Source of the DNA: Malacoraja senta
Taxonomy: Eukaryota
Assembly (NCBI GenBank): GCA_038087875.1
Contig: CM075987.1
Location: 20,336,001-20,400,000, forward strand
Length of the DNA stretch: 64,000 bases
Direction: 5' to 3'
Shown: piece by piece, positions 22,729 through 35,620 of the stretch
Layout of the letters: the number at the start of each line of letters is the position of its first letter
Numbering within the stretch: the first letter of the stretch is position 1
Program-made: the position numbers and the translations under genes
Notes under the pieces: generated by a model
Database searches by the model: none
Told to the model about the DNA's origin: nothing
Seen by the model: the letters and a program-made list of their open reading frames with translations, nothing else

Positions 22729-23869
22729 GTAAGTGCTCAGATTTCTTCCTCTCATTGCATAGTACTTGTTTCAATATAATTTCTGCCGTCACTTATTGCT
22801 CTGACTTCTTTAGTTAACTGACGGTAACTATACTTCAAAGTACTTCACTGAAGTACTTTGCAGCATTTCTTTGCTTCCACTTTGTCATAGTAGCAACATT
22901 ATAAACCTTTAAAATTGATACCATTTGTCCTTGCAGAAATATACATTTGATTAAATTAACAAAAAATCTATTAAGAGTCATACAGCACGGAAACAGGTCC
23001 TTCCGCCAACCAAAGATGCCCATTTAAACTAGTCCTATAGATATCTACCGCTGCTGAACAATACTCTTAAATTGATTTTCCTAGTCAATTTTAATTGAAC
23101 TCTCCTCATGACAATTTTGAATACTGATTTCAGATCCAGGTTTCTCATCCTCAAACTGAAATTTAAATTCTACCATACAATGACCACTCTTTCCTGGGTA
23201 GAACACAAAGTACTGGAATAGCTCGGCGGGTCAGGCAGCATCTCTGTAGAACATGTGTTGGCAAAGCTTTAAGCTTGAAACCCTTCTTCAGACTGATACC
23301 TTGTGTCTACTCTTTCCAGGATGATTCTTTACTGTGGGATCATCAGTTGGTTACCTGCAAGGTTCATGCTCTATTTAAACTCTCAGGATCTCTGTTCATC
23401 TATTATATTATTAAAACTCTGTGTGTGTGTTTATTTGTGGGTGTCAGATTTGGCCTTTGATTCCTTGTTCCGCCAAAACCACACGCAGAAACTCCGAGAT
23501 TTTTTTCAATTCGCTAGACATTACACTTTTACATACCCTAACACACTCCTCATTAAATTTCGTCGTTTTTATGTACATATTTTTAAATAGAATCCACCCC
23601 CCCTCCCCCCACCACTAATTTTTTTGAATCCTGCTAGCCAGCGAGCTGCTGCATGACTCACAGTGCCATCACAGATGTCCAATCACAATGGATCTCATTT
23701 ACCTATGATATGACATCACAATGGGTCAGGGCTAGGAGATTGGAACCTTCATGTGAGCCCTCTAAAATCAAACAGCTGCATGACTCACAGAGCCATCTCA
23801 CAGATGTACAATCACAATGGATCCCACGAATGCAATCAACCCGGCGTGCACAATCAAATAGAGCAATTT

Positions 23870-25712
23870 GTCCTACCCCCCTCCCTATCTACCCCCCTCC
23901 CTATCTACCCCCTCCCTATCTACCCCCTCCCTATATACCCCCTCCCTATCTACCCTCTCCCTATCCACCGCCCTCCACTCCCCCTCCCCCCTCCACTACC
24001 CCTCCTATCCTCCCCCCCTCTCCTCCATCCCCTCCTGTTCTCTCCCCCTCCACCTCCTCATCTCACTCCCCTCCACCTCTCCCCTCCTCTTCTCTCTCCC
24101 CCTCCCATCTCCTCCAACCCCAGCACTCACCCCCTCCTCTCTCTCCTCCCCCCTCTCCCCTGTACTCTCTCTCTCCCCTCTATTCTCTCTCTTCCCCTCA
24201 CTCCCTCCCATGCCTTTCCCCCTCTTCCCTTCTCTCTCCCCCCTTCTCGCTCCCCCCTTCTCTCTCCCCCTCCTCTCGCTCCCCCTCCTCTCTCTCTCAC
24301 TCCTCCCTCTCCCCCTCTTCTCTCTCCCTCTCCTCTCCCTCGCCATCCAATCTCTCTCCACCTCCCCCCTCTCTCCCCCCCACCTCTACCACCCTCTCTC
24401 CTCCCTCCTTACTCCCTCCCCCCTCCCATTTATCCCCTTCCCCTCTACCCCCTCCACATCGTATTCTCCAACCCCCTCTCCACCCTCCCCTCCCCCCCTC
24501 TCCACCCTCCCCACCCTCCCCATCACCTCTCCCCCTCCTCTTCTCTCCCCCACCTCCCCTCCACCTCTCCCTCTCTTCTCTCCACCCTCCAACTCTCCCC
24601 CTCCTCTTCTCCCCCTCCAAGTCTCCCCCTCACCTCTCCTCTCACCCCCTCCTCTCTCTCCCCCTACCTCCTCCTCTCCCATCTACTCGCTCTCCCCCCT
24701 CTAATCTCTCTGTCTTCCCTCTAATCTCTTTCTCCCCATCCGTCCCTCCCTTCCACCCCATACCTTTCTCTCTCTCCCCCTTCTNNNNNNNNNNNNNNNN
24801 NNNNNNNNNNNNNNNNNNNNNNNNNNNNNNNNNNNNNNNNNNNNNNNNNNNNNNNNNNNNNNNNNNNNNNNNNNNNNNNNNNNNNNNNNNNNNNNNNNNN
24901 NNNNNNNNNNNNNNNNNNNNNNNNNNNNNNNNNNNNNNNNNNNNNNNNNNNNNNNNNNNNNNNNNNNNNNNNNNNNNNNNNNNNNNNNNNNNNNNNNNNN
25001 NNNNNNNNNNNNNNNNNNNNNNNNNNNNNNNNNNNNNNNNNNNNCTTCTCTCTCCCCCTCTTCTCTCTCCCCCTCTTCTCTCTCCCCCTCTTCTCTCTCC
25101 CCCTCTTCTCTCTCCCCCTCCACTCCTTTCTCCACCACCCCCCTCTCCCCCCCACCTCTACCACCCTCTCTCCTCCCTCCTCTCTCCCTCCCCCTCCCCC
25201 ACTCTGCCCCCTCCCTTCTACCCCCTCCACTCCCCCTCCACCCTCTACCTCTTATTCTCCTCCCCCTCTCCACCCCCCCTCTCCCCCCTCCACCTCTCCC
25301 CCTCCTCTTCCCTCTCCTTTTCTCTCCCCCTCCAACTCCCCCCCTCCTCTTCTCTCCCCTCCAACTCTCCCCCTCCCCTCTCCTTCCCCTCACACCCTTT
25401 CCTCTCTCTCTCTCCCCCTCCCTCCCCCTCTACTCTCTCTCCCCTCCACTCTCTCTCCCCTCTAATCTCCCTCTCCCCTTCCCCTCTCCTCTCCCCTCTT
25501 CCCCTCTCCCCTTCCCCTCCCCCACCCTTCTCTACCCCCCTCACCCACCCGTCTCTCCCCCCCTCCCCCTCTACCACATCCCTTCCACCTACCCCTGTCT
25601 CCCCCTTTACCCTCCCCGCTCTCCTCCCCTCCCCACTCTCTCCCCCCTCTCCCCTCCCCCTCTCCTCACCCCTCCCCCTCTCTCCTCACCCATCTCTCCT
25701 TACCCCTCTCTC
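23870..25712. repeat. Polypyrimidine/polypurine low-complexity tract with 15-bp minisatellites
   Basis: Almost exclusively C/T on the plus strand; (cctccctatctaccc)n and (cttctctctccccct)n units. Confidence 0.95.
24785..25044. other. Assembly gap (260 N)
   Basis: Run of N. Confidence 1.
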
Positions 25713-26420
25713 CTGTGTGTGTGTGGGTGTATGTCAGGTTATGTCATTTTGATTTTGCCTTTGATTCGTTGGTCCGCCAAAACCACACGCAAAAACTCCG
25801 AGATTTTTACCATTTCACTAGCGATTTTACTTTTACATTCGCATATCCACTACTCATTAAATTTCGTCATTTTTCTGTACACATTTTTAACAAAATCCTC
25901 CCTCTCCCCCCCCCCACTCACTCATTTTGTCGCCTCCTGCTGGCCACCTTCTCATCGCGTGCCGCGCGAACCATAACGGCTGCTGCCGCCCGGCTCTCCT
26001 CCACTCACCCCCCCCCCCTGGTGCGGCTCTGTCACGCTGGCGGAAGGCACAGATCGGCTGGTCCCCCGCTGCTTTTTGTCGTCCTCGCTGCCGGCCCGCA
26101 CGCTTGCACTGTCCGAAAATCCCGCGCGTCAACGGCCTGTCGGCCCACAGGCGCATTGAGGGCGTACGCAGCGTCTCCACGGGCGTAGGCAGCGTCTTGA
26201 CGTCGTACGCAGCGTCTTGACATTGTACACAGCGTCTTGACGGCATACGCCTAGCGCGTGGCGTTGTGCGATGACTTCAGGCAGCCCCCCTTGCAACCGC
26301 GAGTTGCGGGAACTGACCCAACGGGTCTGCACTTGGTCTAGTATTATTTAAAAGCCTGTTGGCCTGAATGGCATGTTTCTATTTTCAAGTTGACAGTATC
26401 CTGTTATCTTCTCATTCCAG

Positions 26421-26479
26421 GAACATTTATTGCCATAGTTATGTGGAAAAACAGAAAGCCTACAAAGAAAACAGATTAA
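26421..26479 (+). CDS. DPM2: DPM2 exon 4
   Basis: Acceptor ttccAG, (G)TFIAIVMWKNRKPTKKTD* with a KKxx-type ER retrieval end. Total CDS is 3+90+103+59 = 255 nt = 84 aa plus stop. Confidence 0.95.
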
Positions 26480-26580
26480 ACAGGACTCAAATAAGAACTG
26501 CAAGGTTACTTCATTGTCAGCATGTCCAGGTCAGAAAACAGATTCAACAGAGGATTAAAATACAGAAGGCAAAATAACAG

Positions 26581-26586
26581 AATAAA
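26581..26586 (+). terminator. Candidate DPM2 polyA signal
   Basis: First AATAAA, about 100 nt after the DPM2 stop codon. Confidence 0.45.
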
Positions 26587-29500
26587 CCTGCTTCATTGGT
26601 AGTTGTGAGATACTGTCACATGCTGTTTTTTGGGCATCTGCACTACTATCTTAATACCTGATTCATGTCTGCAATGGTATTCCTCTAGTGCCAGTTCTGG
26701 ACATTGTGTTCCGTGGTATTAGCTGTTCAATGTCACTGTGAAACTTAAACATTTTGTTTTGTCAAAGAGAAAAGCATATAAACTAAACTAAAATGTTCTT
26801 TCCAAAATTTAAGTGCTGTTTGGACTTGTCAATATATCAATCAAAGGACAATTTGAAATACCATTTGACTAAAAAATGCTCTACATTGGTGAGGATAACA
26901 AGTGGACTGTCGCTACAGGTTGAAGATTTTTAATTCATGAGTTAAGCATGCATCTGTTCTGAAGATCATATGTCCATGTTTCTAATCTTAAATATGGCTG
27001 CAAAATTGAAGTTTTGACATTTACCACAGACAAATATGCAATGAAAGAAACAGGGCAACTTTTCATGCCTTTAGAAAAATACTTTTGAGAATAATCTTGT
27101 AACTACAGTATATTTTAGGTGATAGATCACAAAGGGATCAATGTAATGTACATCCAATAGCAAGCTACAAATTGCATTATCCATAAACCTTCTGTTTGAA
27201 GTGTGGGGAAGAGAGAGAAAGACGTACCCATTCCTGGATATATCAGAAATATGTTTGATGCATCAATTTCTTGTATAAAATGACCAATTTATCAATAATT
27301 ATGGAAATCCAAGGACCATTCTTAAACCTGGCATTTCAGTTTTCTGGAGTGCTCTCTGCACAGTGGTGAGCTTTTCAAACATTCATTTCTCATGATATGG
27401 GTTGGCATCTATAATTAATCCAGAGGTTACCTTTGAAAAGGTGATAGACCTCTGCCTTAAACACATATTCTACTGTGGTGCAGTCAGTAGGACAATTCCA
27501 GGACCTTAGTAGTGTGAAATCGAATGAGTGGTAGAAAATATCTAAGATGCAATAGTGTATTACCCGTATCATCTGCTGTTGATCGTGTCCCATGTAGTCC
27601 AAAGCTCTTAGAGTTTTAGGAGATGGAGGCATCGGGTTTCAACGCGCTGCTGAAGAAGTCTTGTTACAATGGAACCTGAGAATAATACATACTTCTTTCA
27701 GAGCGGGCCAGGAGTGAATGGACTACTGGTCAAACACGCTGCTTCATCCTGAATGGTGTTTCTCTCCATGAAGTAAAATCAGAGCCTGACTCTGCTGTTG
27801 CAGTTACACATAATAAAGCAAAGTGGTAATTGCTTTGCAAAGTAATCGTGGGAGTATTACCAGTAACTTGGTTTAATCTTACAGTGTTTTAGAAATAACT
27901 TGAATTGCGGGAGAGTTATGCTGAAAATGTTTTTTGTTGATCATAAACACGTTTTGCATCATAAATTGACATCATGGAAACAGATATACAGGAATCATAT
28001 TAAATCTGCCTGCATTTAGTCTTTTTTTACAGCTGATTGAAGAAGCCTTAAATCCAGTTGCAGTATTTTAAATATTTTATGCACTTAAAGAAGAAAAATA
28101 AAATCATTTCAAAATTACAGACAAGGATGTTCATTTTGTTGTAAAATTAGAGTTTTTTGATGTTGCATCAATTAAAAAAGTTTAATGAAACATCTGAATT
28201 TTAAATGGAAAATAATCTCTGTGGAATCTGTTTACATTGAAGTTCAGCAACACGACTTACTTTGTCCAGATCAACAGGAACTTGCATGAGCCCGTCTCTG
28301 TGGGATATGCTGAACAGTCCTTGCTCCACACTTACTTTGGCTCACTCTCTTCACTCTTCCTGTTACATAAATTCCATCAGCTTTCTTGATTACTTTTGTT
28401 ATCCATGAGATTTTATTGACCCATCTCTGTGACCATGACTTTTTTCCCATCTCTATGGTTTTGAGTTTTTGACCATTTAGAATGTACGTCATCTCATTTA
28501 GGTCCCGTCTTACTGTATTGAACGTAGTGGTTTATTTATCTAGCAGCCGCCTTTTTCACCCTTTGCTCTGCAACTACAACACACCAGCTTTATTAATGTC
28601 GAGATTAAATCCCGTCATCCAAGCCCCAATTTTGTTGCGATAAGTTAACTGCTTATTGAACGTTGGTTTCTTTGTTTTTAAACATTTCTGAACTTTTTTT
28701 ATGCAGCGTGTTTCCATTTACCTTGTAGTTATTCATATGTCACTTATGGTGTTAACCCTGGCATTTAGTAAATCAACAGAGAACTTTGTGATACATTCAC
28801 ATCTCAACGGGGCCAACTGCTCGGCTATTCCTTGCGTGAGCTTTTAAAATATTTGTTTATTCTTAATATATTTTCTCCCTGGAGATTCGTTGCTGTGTAT
28901 GGTTGCAAACTGCTACAAGTTTACTGTAAATGTGGAAAGTGTTAATACCTGTTGTGGTTGAAGCTGTTTTATTTACTTCAGTTATAGCGTGCTGCAGCTG
29001 GTTTGATTAAGATCAGTATGTTATGGAAATGTATAATTAGAAGGATTAGACTCAATTATAGCCTTGGTTCTATTGTTTCATTGGAGAGTGGGTGTGCTCT
29101 AAAGTTTTCTGATTGCTGAGCTAAGTGACATGAACTCTCATGAGACAATGGAAATGTCTTATTAGTTTGGGTAACATGTATATTGAAATTGTTCAAACTT
29201 GGACAATGTGCATGTCTTGTCTTTATAATGTGAGCAGCAATTGTTACCAGAATCAAGGATGTATAACTAACAGAAAAGATTGAACAGGCTCTTTCATTTG
29301 GAAAATTGTGGTTGAGTTGTGGGATAATGTGTTTGAGACCTTTGATCATGAGTTTGATATGGTAGGTATAAAGGGGAGATCAAAACTGGTGACTATAAGA
29401 TTAAGATAATGCAGGGTTACTTAATTATGCATAGAATAATGGGGAATCAGAACTCGCTGGAACAGCACTCAACAAAATATTGGGGTGATTAGCAAAAATG

Positions 29501-30060
29501 GCAGTAATGGTTAATTAGATAAGTACAAAAGGGAAAAAGCAATAGAGGAACAAGTTAATAATGAGTTTGAGAGTTAGGAGGATGTTATACATCAGCATAG
29601 AACATTTGGACTGAATTGTTTGTTTCAGAGCTGTGTATTTTATAATTTCATCCTGTCAGATTACCTGAAGTCACAGTAATGGTATGGCTCTAATTCTGCA
29701 TTTGGATGTGCAGTGCCAGAAAATAAAGTGTTTTTAGTTTTGATGTTTCTTCTGTCTTTATTTTTCCAGTGTCTTTCTCTTTGAATGCGAAACATTGTCA
29801 TGAACACAATTTGTCACTATTCCTTTGTCACAGATCTTGTATGATCAAAGTTTGGAATGATCACCCAGGTGAAATTCTAAATTAAATATCAAGGATTATC
29901 ATGTTCGACATTAATCCTTGTTTAGCACCAGCTTGTTTACTACAAACACCCAAAACCAAAAGATGAATCTGTATATGGTGGAGTCTCTCGGGACGAAAGG
30001 TAATCCCTAGCTCTGTTATAATTTAATTTTCAAGCTGGCAAAGACTGCATTTATTTTGTG

Positions 30061-30232
30061 TTAAAGAAGGAACTGCAGATGCTGGAAAATCGAAGGTACA
30101 CAAAAATGCTGGAGAAACTCAGCGGGTGCAGCAGCATCTATGGAGCGAAGGAAATAGGTAACGTTACCTATTTCCTTCGCTCCATAGATGCTGCTGCACC
30201 CGCTGAGTTTCTCCAGCATTTTTGTGTACCTA
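30061..30232. mobile_element. Young Penelope-derived fold-back element: perfect 138-bp palindrome with 14-bp TSD
   Basis: 30094-30231 is a spacer-less perfect palindrome centred on aac|gtt. gcatttattttgtg flanks it at 30047-30060 and 30233-30246. Confidence 0.9.
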
Positions 30233-31389
30233 GCATTTATTTTGTGCTGCATTCAAGTGTTGACTACTTGATTTCAAGATTTTAACTCGGTAAAAACGCC
30301 ATCTGCCCAGACTTTCAAAAACATTCAATGGCTGTTATATGCCATTTTATCAAAATTATATTCTGTTTGTACTCGGACTGCCGCTCTCACCCAATGATAC
30401 CAAGATTCCTTTGGGTCTGATATCTATTGACCCTTACAGCAAGTTGCACACTCTAAGTTCAGACTTTTCTCTGATCCACATCCCATTATTAACCACCTTG
30501 CCATTCCTCAGGGGGAAAAGCCACAAGATAGAGAGAAATTCAATGAAAGGATGACTAATTTTACCAATGATTTACATGAATCATTTTTAGATTTGTGGTG
30601 AAAATGTAAGGAATTTCAAAAGAGGCTGGAAGTAGGAAACATAATATATTTTAAATTATTGTCTGGTTCTCAAATATTTAAGGCTATAAAAGGAATACTA
30701 TCTTGCAAAGTACATGTGTCATCTCCTAGCAACCTGGTGTGAGTTATTAATATTTAATAGTTTTGCTGATGCTATTGTGGCTTAGCTTTGCCAAAACATA
30801 GACAGCCGATGATCAGTGTAAAATACATCCTGCATGCTTATTGATGTTGAGAAGGAAGGAGACTTCATTCTTAGCAATGTTCAACCACGAAAACAGGTTC
30901 CCTTGCTGCCATTAAGGAGATTATCATGCTCTGTGACTCGGAGAAGGAAACAGTTTTTTCGCTTTGGATAGTAGACTCTTTCAGAGAGATCGCCGTGATG
31001 AAAAGCAGAGAGATTTGAAGTCAACATTTTTTTTGTGGATCGATATGAAGTGGGACAGTGTTACCACATCAACAGAAACTGAATGCAGCAATGAAGAAAT
31101 GTGGATGTTACTGATAACAGCCCTAGCAAGCTGGGAGATGGTCTTGCACTTATTGAGAGGTTTGGATATACAGATATAGAGGTTTGAATATACTTGCATA
31201 TGACAAACTGATGCAATTAGAAAATATTCTTGTCTTCATAGTATCACCAAAACCGAGACGTTCAAAAGATAAATTCTAGATTACCGATTATGTGATGTGT
31301 TAATTAGTGCTGTCAAGGCTGGTTTCTACCATCAGATTTCACTGATAGAATTGCACTCTACCACAATCCTTAACTTCCACTTCAATCCA

Positions 31390-32030
31390 AGTATGTTTAT
31401 TATTGTCACGTGTGCCTAGGTGTAGTGAAAGCTTTGTTTTGCATGCTACCCAATCAGACCAGATAATATTATACATAAATACAATCATGTCAAACTCATA
31501 TCCAATAGGTAGAGCAAAGGGGAAGATACTGTGCAGAATATAGTTCACAGCATTGTAGCGCAGTACTTCCATAGACAAAGTCAAATGTCTGCAATGGAAT
31601 AGAGGTGAATTAGACAGTACTCTAACTTTTGGAAGAACCTTTCAGAAGCATGATAACAGAGGGAAAGAAGCTGTTCCTGAGTGATGGTGCACGGTTTAAA
31701 GCTTCTGCACCTGCCGGATGGGAGCAAAGGGAACAAGGGAATGTCTGGGATGGTACAAGTCTTTGATTTGGTTGGCTGCTTTTCTGAGGCTGTGTGAAGT
31801 ATAGATGGAGTCAATGGTGGAGGGTCTGGTCTGATTGGACTGGTCTGCATCTACAACTCTGCAGTGTCTTGCAGTCTTGAACAGAGCTATTCCAAAACCA
31901 AGTTGTGATGCAACCCAATAGTATGCATTCTATGTTGTATCTAGACATTTGTAAGAGGTATTGGAGGCATACCAAATTTTCTCAGTCACCTAAGGAAGAA
32001 GAGGAGTATGTGTGTCTTCATGGCTGTTAC
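31390..32030 (-). mobile_element. Rex/Babar-type LINE 3' end relic
   Basis: Minus-strand FPLLPSGRCRSFK resembles the conserved LLPSGRRYRS C-terminal motif, followed by a tail ending in AATAAAC. Confidence 0.65.
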
Positions 32031-32614
32031 GTCAAGTACAATATTTTGCTCTGCATATACTTCATACTACTACTTAGGAGCCAACGTTGTTTCAATGAGT
32101 GTAGATAGGCATCTTAGGACCAGAGATAAACAAAAAATCAAAATGCTAGCCTGATTTAACATTAACAGGATCACATGTGCATGATGGCAAATTTAGCATA
32201 TAATAGAATAAAAATCAAGCAATTGCATTATAACTCTTTTGTCTATGACAATAAGTATGAATGTTGGTGGACAATTAAACAGCTGACAGAAGAGAGAAGC
32301 TCCAAGCACATTCTCGTAGGTAGACAAAAATGCTGGAGAAACTCAGCGGGTGAGGCAGCATCTACGGAGCGAAGGAATAGGTGACTATTTGGGTCGAGAC
32401 CCTTCTTCAGATTCTCATTCTCATCCTCGTTGTCAATAAAGACAGCACAAAGTTCTACAAAGACTAGTAATGTGATGGAATATTCTGTATTTTTAATGCA
32501 ATTGATGAATAACAACAGTTAATTATATTTTATTTTTCAATAATGTGTCATGGGACTTAGTTCATGCTCATCCAAGCAGGAACTTTAGTAACGGGCCCAA
32601 GATTACCACTCACT

Positions 32615-32905
32615 TTAGTTTAGTTTAGAGATACAGCGCGGAAGCAGGCCCTTCAGCCCACTGGGTCCGTGCACACCAACACTATCCGACACACATTAGG
32701 GACAATTTACACTTATACCAAGCCAATTAACCTACAAACCTGTACGTCTTTGGAGTGTGGGAGGAAACCGAATATCTTGGAGAAAATTCACTCGGTCACG
32801 GGAAAACGTACAAACTCCGTAAAGACAGCACCCGTAGTCAGGATCGAACCCGGCGCTGCAAGCATGTAAGGCAGAAACTCTACCGCTGCTCCACCGTGGC
32901 TGTCC
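32615..32905 (-). mobile_element. tRNA-derived V-SINE (HE1-like)
   Basis: Reverse-complement A/B boxes (ggtagag, gggttcgatcc), V-domain, CR1-like tail and (TAAAC)n end. Confidence 0.8.
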
Positions 32906-33164
32906 TGTCTTTAATTGCCTTTCTCCTGGCAATTTCTCCAGTACGTGAGCAGGCTACAATAGGCAGCACCATGAAAAATTATCATTCTTTCAGAGACCAT
33001 TTGTTTATTTGCTCAATGACATGGAAGCTAACGGCAGCAAATGAAACCACTTGGTCTATGCCAGTGTTTACGTTTCACATGAGCTCATATTTCATAAAGT
33101 AACTCCTATCCTTTCCCTCAATATTCATATTGAGCTTCCTCTTACATATTTTTGTTAATTGCCT

Positions 33165-33475
33165 CAGAGTGATACAATGTGGAAACAGGCCCTTCGGCCC
33201 TACTTGCCCACACTGGCCAACATATCCCAGCTACACTAGTCCCACCTGCCAGCATTTGATCCATATCCCTCCAAACCTGTCCTATACATGTACCTGTCTA
33301 ACTGCTTCTTAAATGTTGGGATAGCCCCTGCCTCAACTACCTCCTCTGGCAGCTTGTTCCATATATCCACCACCCTTTGTGTGAAAAAGTTACCCCTCAG
33401 ATTCCTATTAAATTTTAAACCTATGTCCTCTGGTCCTCAATTCACCTACTCTGGGCAAGAGACTCTGTGCCTCAA
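33165..33475 (-). mobile_element. CR1 LINE 3' end
   Basis: Reverse-complement match to the 34625-35095 copy. Confidence 0.8.
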
Positions 33476-33719
33476 CCAGAGTCACATTTAGTACAGTTGA
33501 AAATGTGACCGACTGGCACGTGTGCTACTTTCCAGCAGTGTCATCGGTTGCTGTGGTTGGTAAGGCAGAAATTCTGGGTTCTCTTAATACAGGAAGGCCA
33601 TTGTCCATTCCTGGCAGCCTTGAAATTATTTCCTTGATAACCAGCTACTGCTCCTGGAATGTTGAGTGCTGTGATTAGTCCTTCTGAAAACTGAGACAAA
33701 ACAACATATCGATAGTTTT

Positions 33720-34060
33720 AAAAGAGTGATGGTGAGAGTTCAAGGCATGCATGTTCCCGTTAGAGTAAAAGACAAGGCAGCTGGAAGTAAGGAATCCTGG
33801 ATAAAGAGAGAAATTGAGGCTCTGGTCAGGAAAAGGCAGCAGGGATCAAGAGTATCCCTGGAGGAGTTGAGAGGACTAAGAAGAACTTCAGGAGGGCATA
33901 AAAGGGGGCAGGAGATAATTCTGGCTGATGAAATTAAGGAGAAGACAAAGATATTTTATGTACATTAAGGGAAAGAGGATAACTAGAGAGAGAATAGGAC
34001 CCCTCAGAAACGAAAGCAGTCGTCTGTGGAGCTGCAGGAGATGGGAAAGGTCCTCAATGA
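33720..34060 (+). mobile_element. CR1 LINE ORF2 internal fragment
   Basis: HVPVRVKDKAAGSKESWIKREI...; FMYIKGKRITRERIGPLRNE. Confidence 0.75.
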
Positions 34061-34624
34061 GTATTTCTCCTGTTTTTTGCCTTGGAGGTGCTGGTACACC
34101 ATCGATTTTCCAGCACACTTGGTTCCAGGATTGCCGGATTATCCATTTTGCGAGACCAACCGACGTAACATAAAAATAATTTGACAAGAAAAGTACAGGT
34201 ACAGCAGTATCTGCAACTCCTTGTATCTGTTTGATTTGGCGCTTGGTTACCGGCCCAAACCCTAACAAGTAAGTGTTGCATTCGGGTATCATTTAGAAAC
34301 AGCTCCTCAGGCTGCAAATTGAATTCCATTTTCTGAGAGACTCTTCAAGCACTAGTTTACTGGCAAAATTCAAAATGCATCCTGCTGCCTTGATTTGAGC
34401 TCAGTGCGCTCGGCACAACACAAAGACCTGTAGACAACGAGGAGACAAGGGTGCAGCACCGGGACTTAGCCATGGGTTTCTGGATCTGGTTGGTGACCAC
34501 AGTGGCATGTGGAGAGATAAGTCTACAGTGGTACATTTTATCTTAGATACTGCCAGTGGTCTTGTCTCACTCATTCTCTGCAAACAGGACAGTCTGATGC
34601 CTGAAAGGCACTAAATCACCATTG

Positions 34625-35095
34625 ACCATTTTTACGAAGATGTTGCCAGGACTAGAGGGTGTGAGCTATAGGGCGAGGTTGAGTAGGCTGGGTCCCTATT
34701 CCATGGAGCGTAGGAGGATGAGGGGAGATCTTATAGAGGTATACAAAATCATGAGAGGAATAGGTCGGGTAGATGCACAGAGTCTTTTACACAGAGTAGA
34801 GGACCAGAGGACATAGGTTCAAGGTGAAGGGGAAAAGATTTAATAGGAATCCGAGGGTAACTTTTTCACACAGAGGAAGGTGGGTGTATTGAACAAGCTG
34901 CCAGAGGAGGTAGTTGAGGCTGGGACTATCCCATCGTTTAAGAAACAGTTAGACAGGTACATGGATATGACAGGTTTGGAGGGTTATGGACCAAGCGCAG
35001 GCAGGTGGGACTAGGGTAGCTGGGACATTGTTGGCCGATGTGGACGAGTTGGGCCGACGGGCCTGTTTCCACACTGTATCACTCTATGACTATGA
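34625..35095 (+). mobile_element. CR1 LINE 3' end (5'-truncated)
   Basis: FTKMLPGLEGVSYRARLSRLGPYSMERRRMRGDLIEVYKIMRGI followed by a tail ending in (CTATGA)n. Confidence 0.9.
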
Positions 35096-35419
35096 CCATC
35101 ATTCAAGATTAAAATATTGGATAGTAATTACGGATCTGCGATCTAGTAGCTGGGATCAATCCTCCTTGGTAAAAGCTAGGGAATTCCCTCTGCCCATCTC
35201 CTCTTCCTTGCGATGTCCCATTGGTTAAATCGTTAGACATGGGTGTGGTGGCAGATGACTGGAGGGTGGCTAATGTTCTAAACACCAATACTCGCGCTAT
35301 TTAACAATATTCCATGATTCAAATTCTTGTAATAAAATGGACAATGTTACATTTTTTCCACATATTCGATATGCTATGTTCTTGCCCATTCACTTAAACT
35401 GTCTATATCCCTATGAAGG

Positions 35420-35620
35420 CACAAGAGACTGCAGGTGCTGGAGTGTTGAGCATAAAACAAAGTGCTGGCGAATCTCTGCAGGTCTGGTAGCATCCGTGGA
35501 GGGAAATGGAGAAGAGACGTTTCGCATCTGAAAAAGGGGCCTGACCTGAAACATCGACTGTCCATTCCATCCACAGGTGCTGCCTGATCCACTGTTCTTC
35601 CGGTACTTGTTTTTTTTTGT
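35420..35620. mobile_element. Penelope-derived fold-back element
   Basis: Inverted family arms around ctgaaaaaggggcctgacctgaaacatcgactg; imperfect flanking repeat tatccc..tgaag. Confidence 0.62.

Larger units (their letters stand above)
23399..26341 (+). mobile_element. Non-autonomous Helitron in DPM2 intron 3
   Basis: 5' end A|TCTATTATATTATTAAAAC. 3' end hairpin GACCC-AAC-GGGTC then ...CTAG|T. Inserted in an AT dinucleotide with no TSD. Spans an assembly gap, so it could be two elements. Confidence 0.8.

Noticed and set aside
23653-25752. 699-aa proline/serine-rich ORF and overlapping G/E/R-rich antisense ORFs
   Set aside because: Artefact of a C/T-only tract that cannot encode stop codons. 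It spans an N gap and lies inside a Helitron in a DPM2 intron.
30058-30285. Mirror-image ORFs on both strands
   Set aside because: A consequence of the perfect palindrome, not protein coding.
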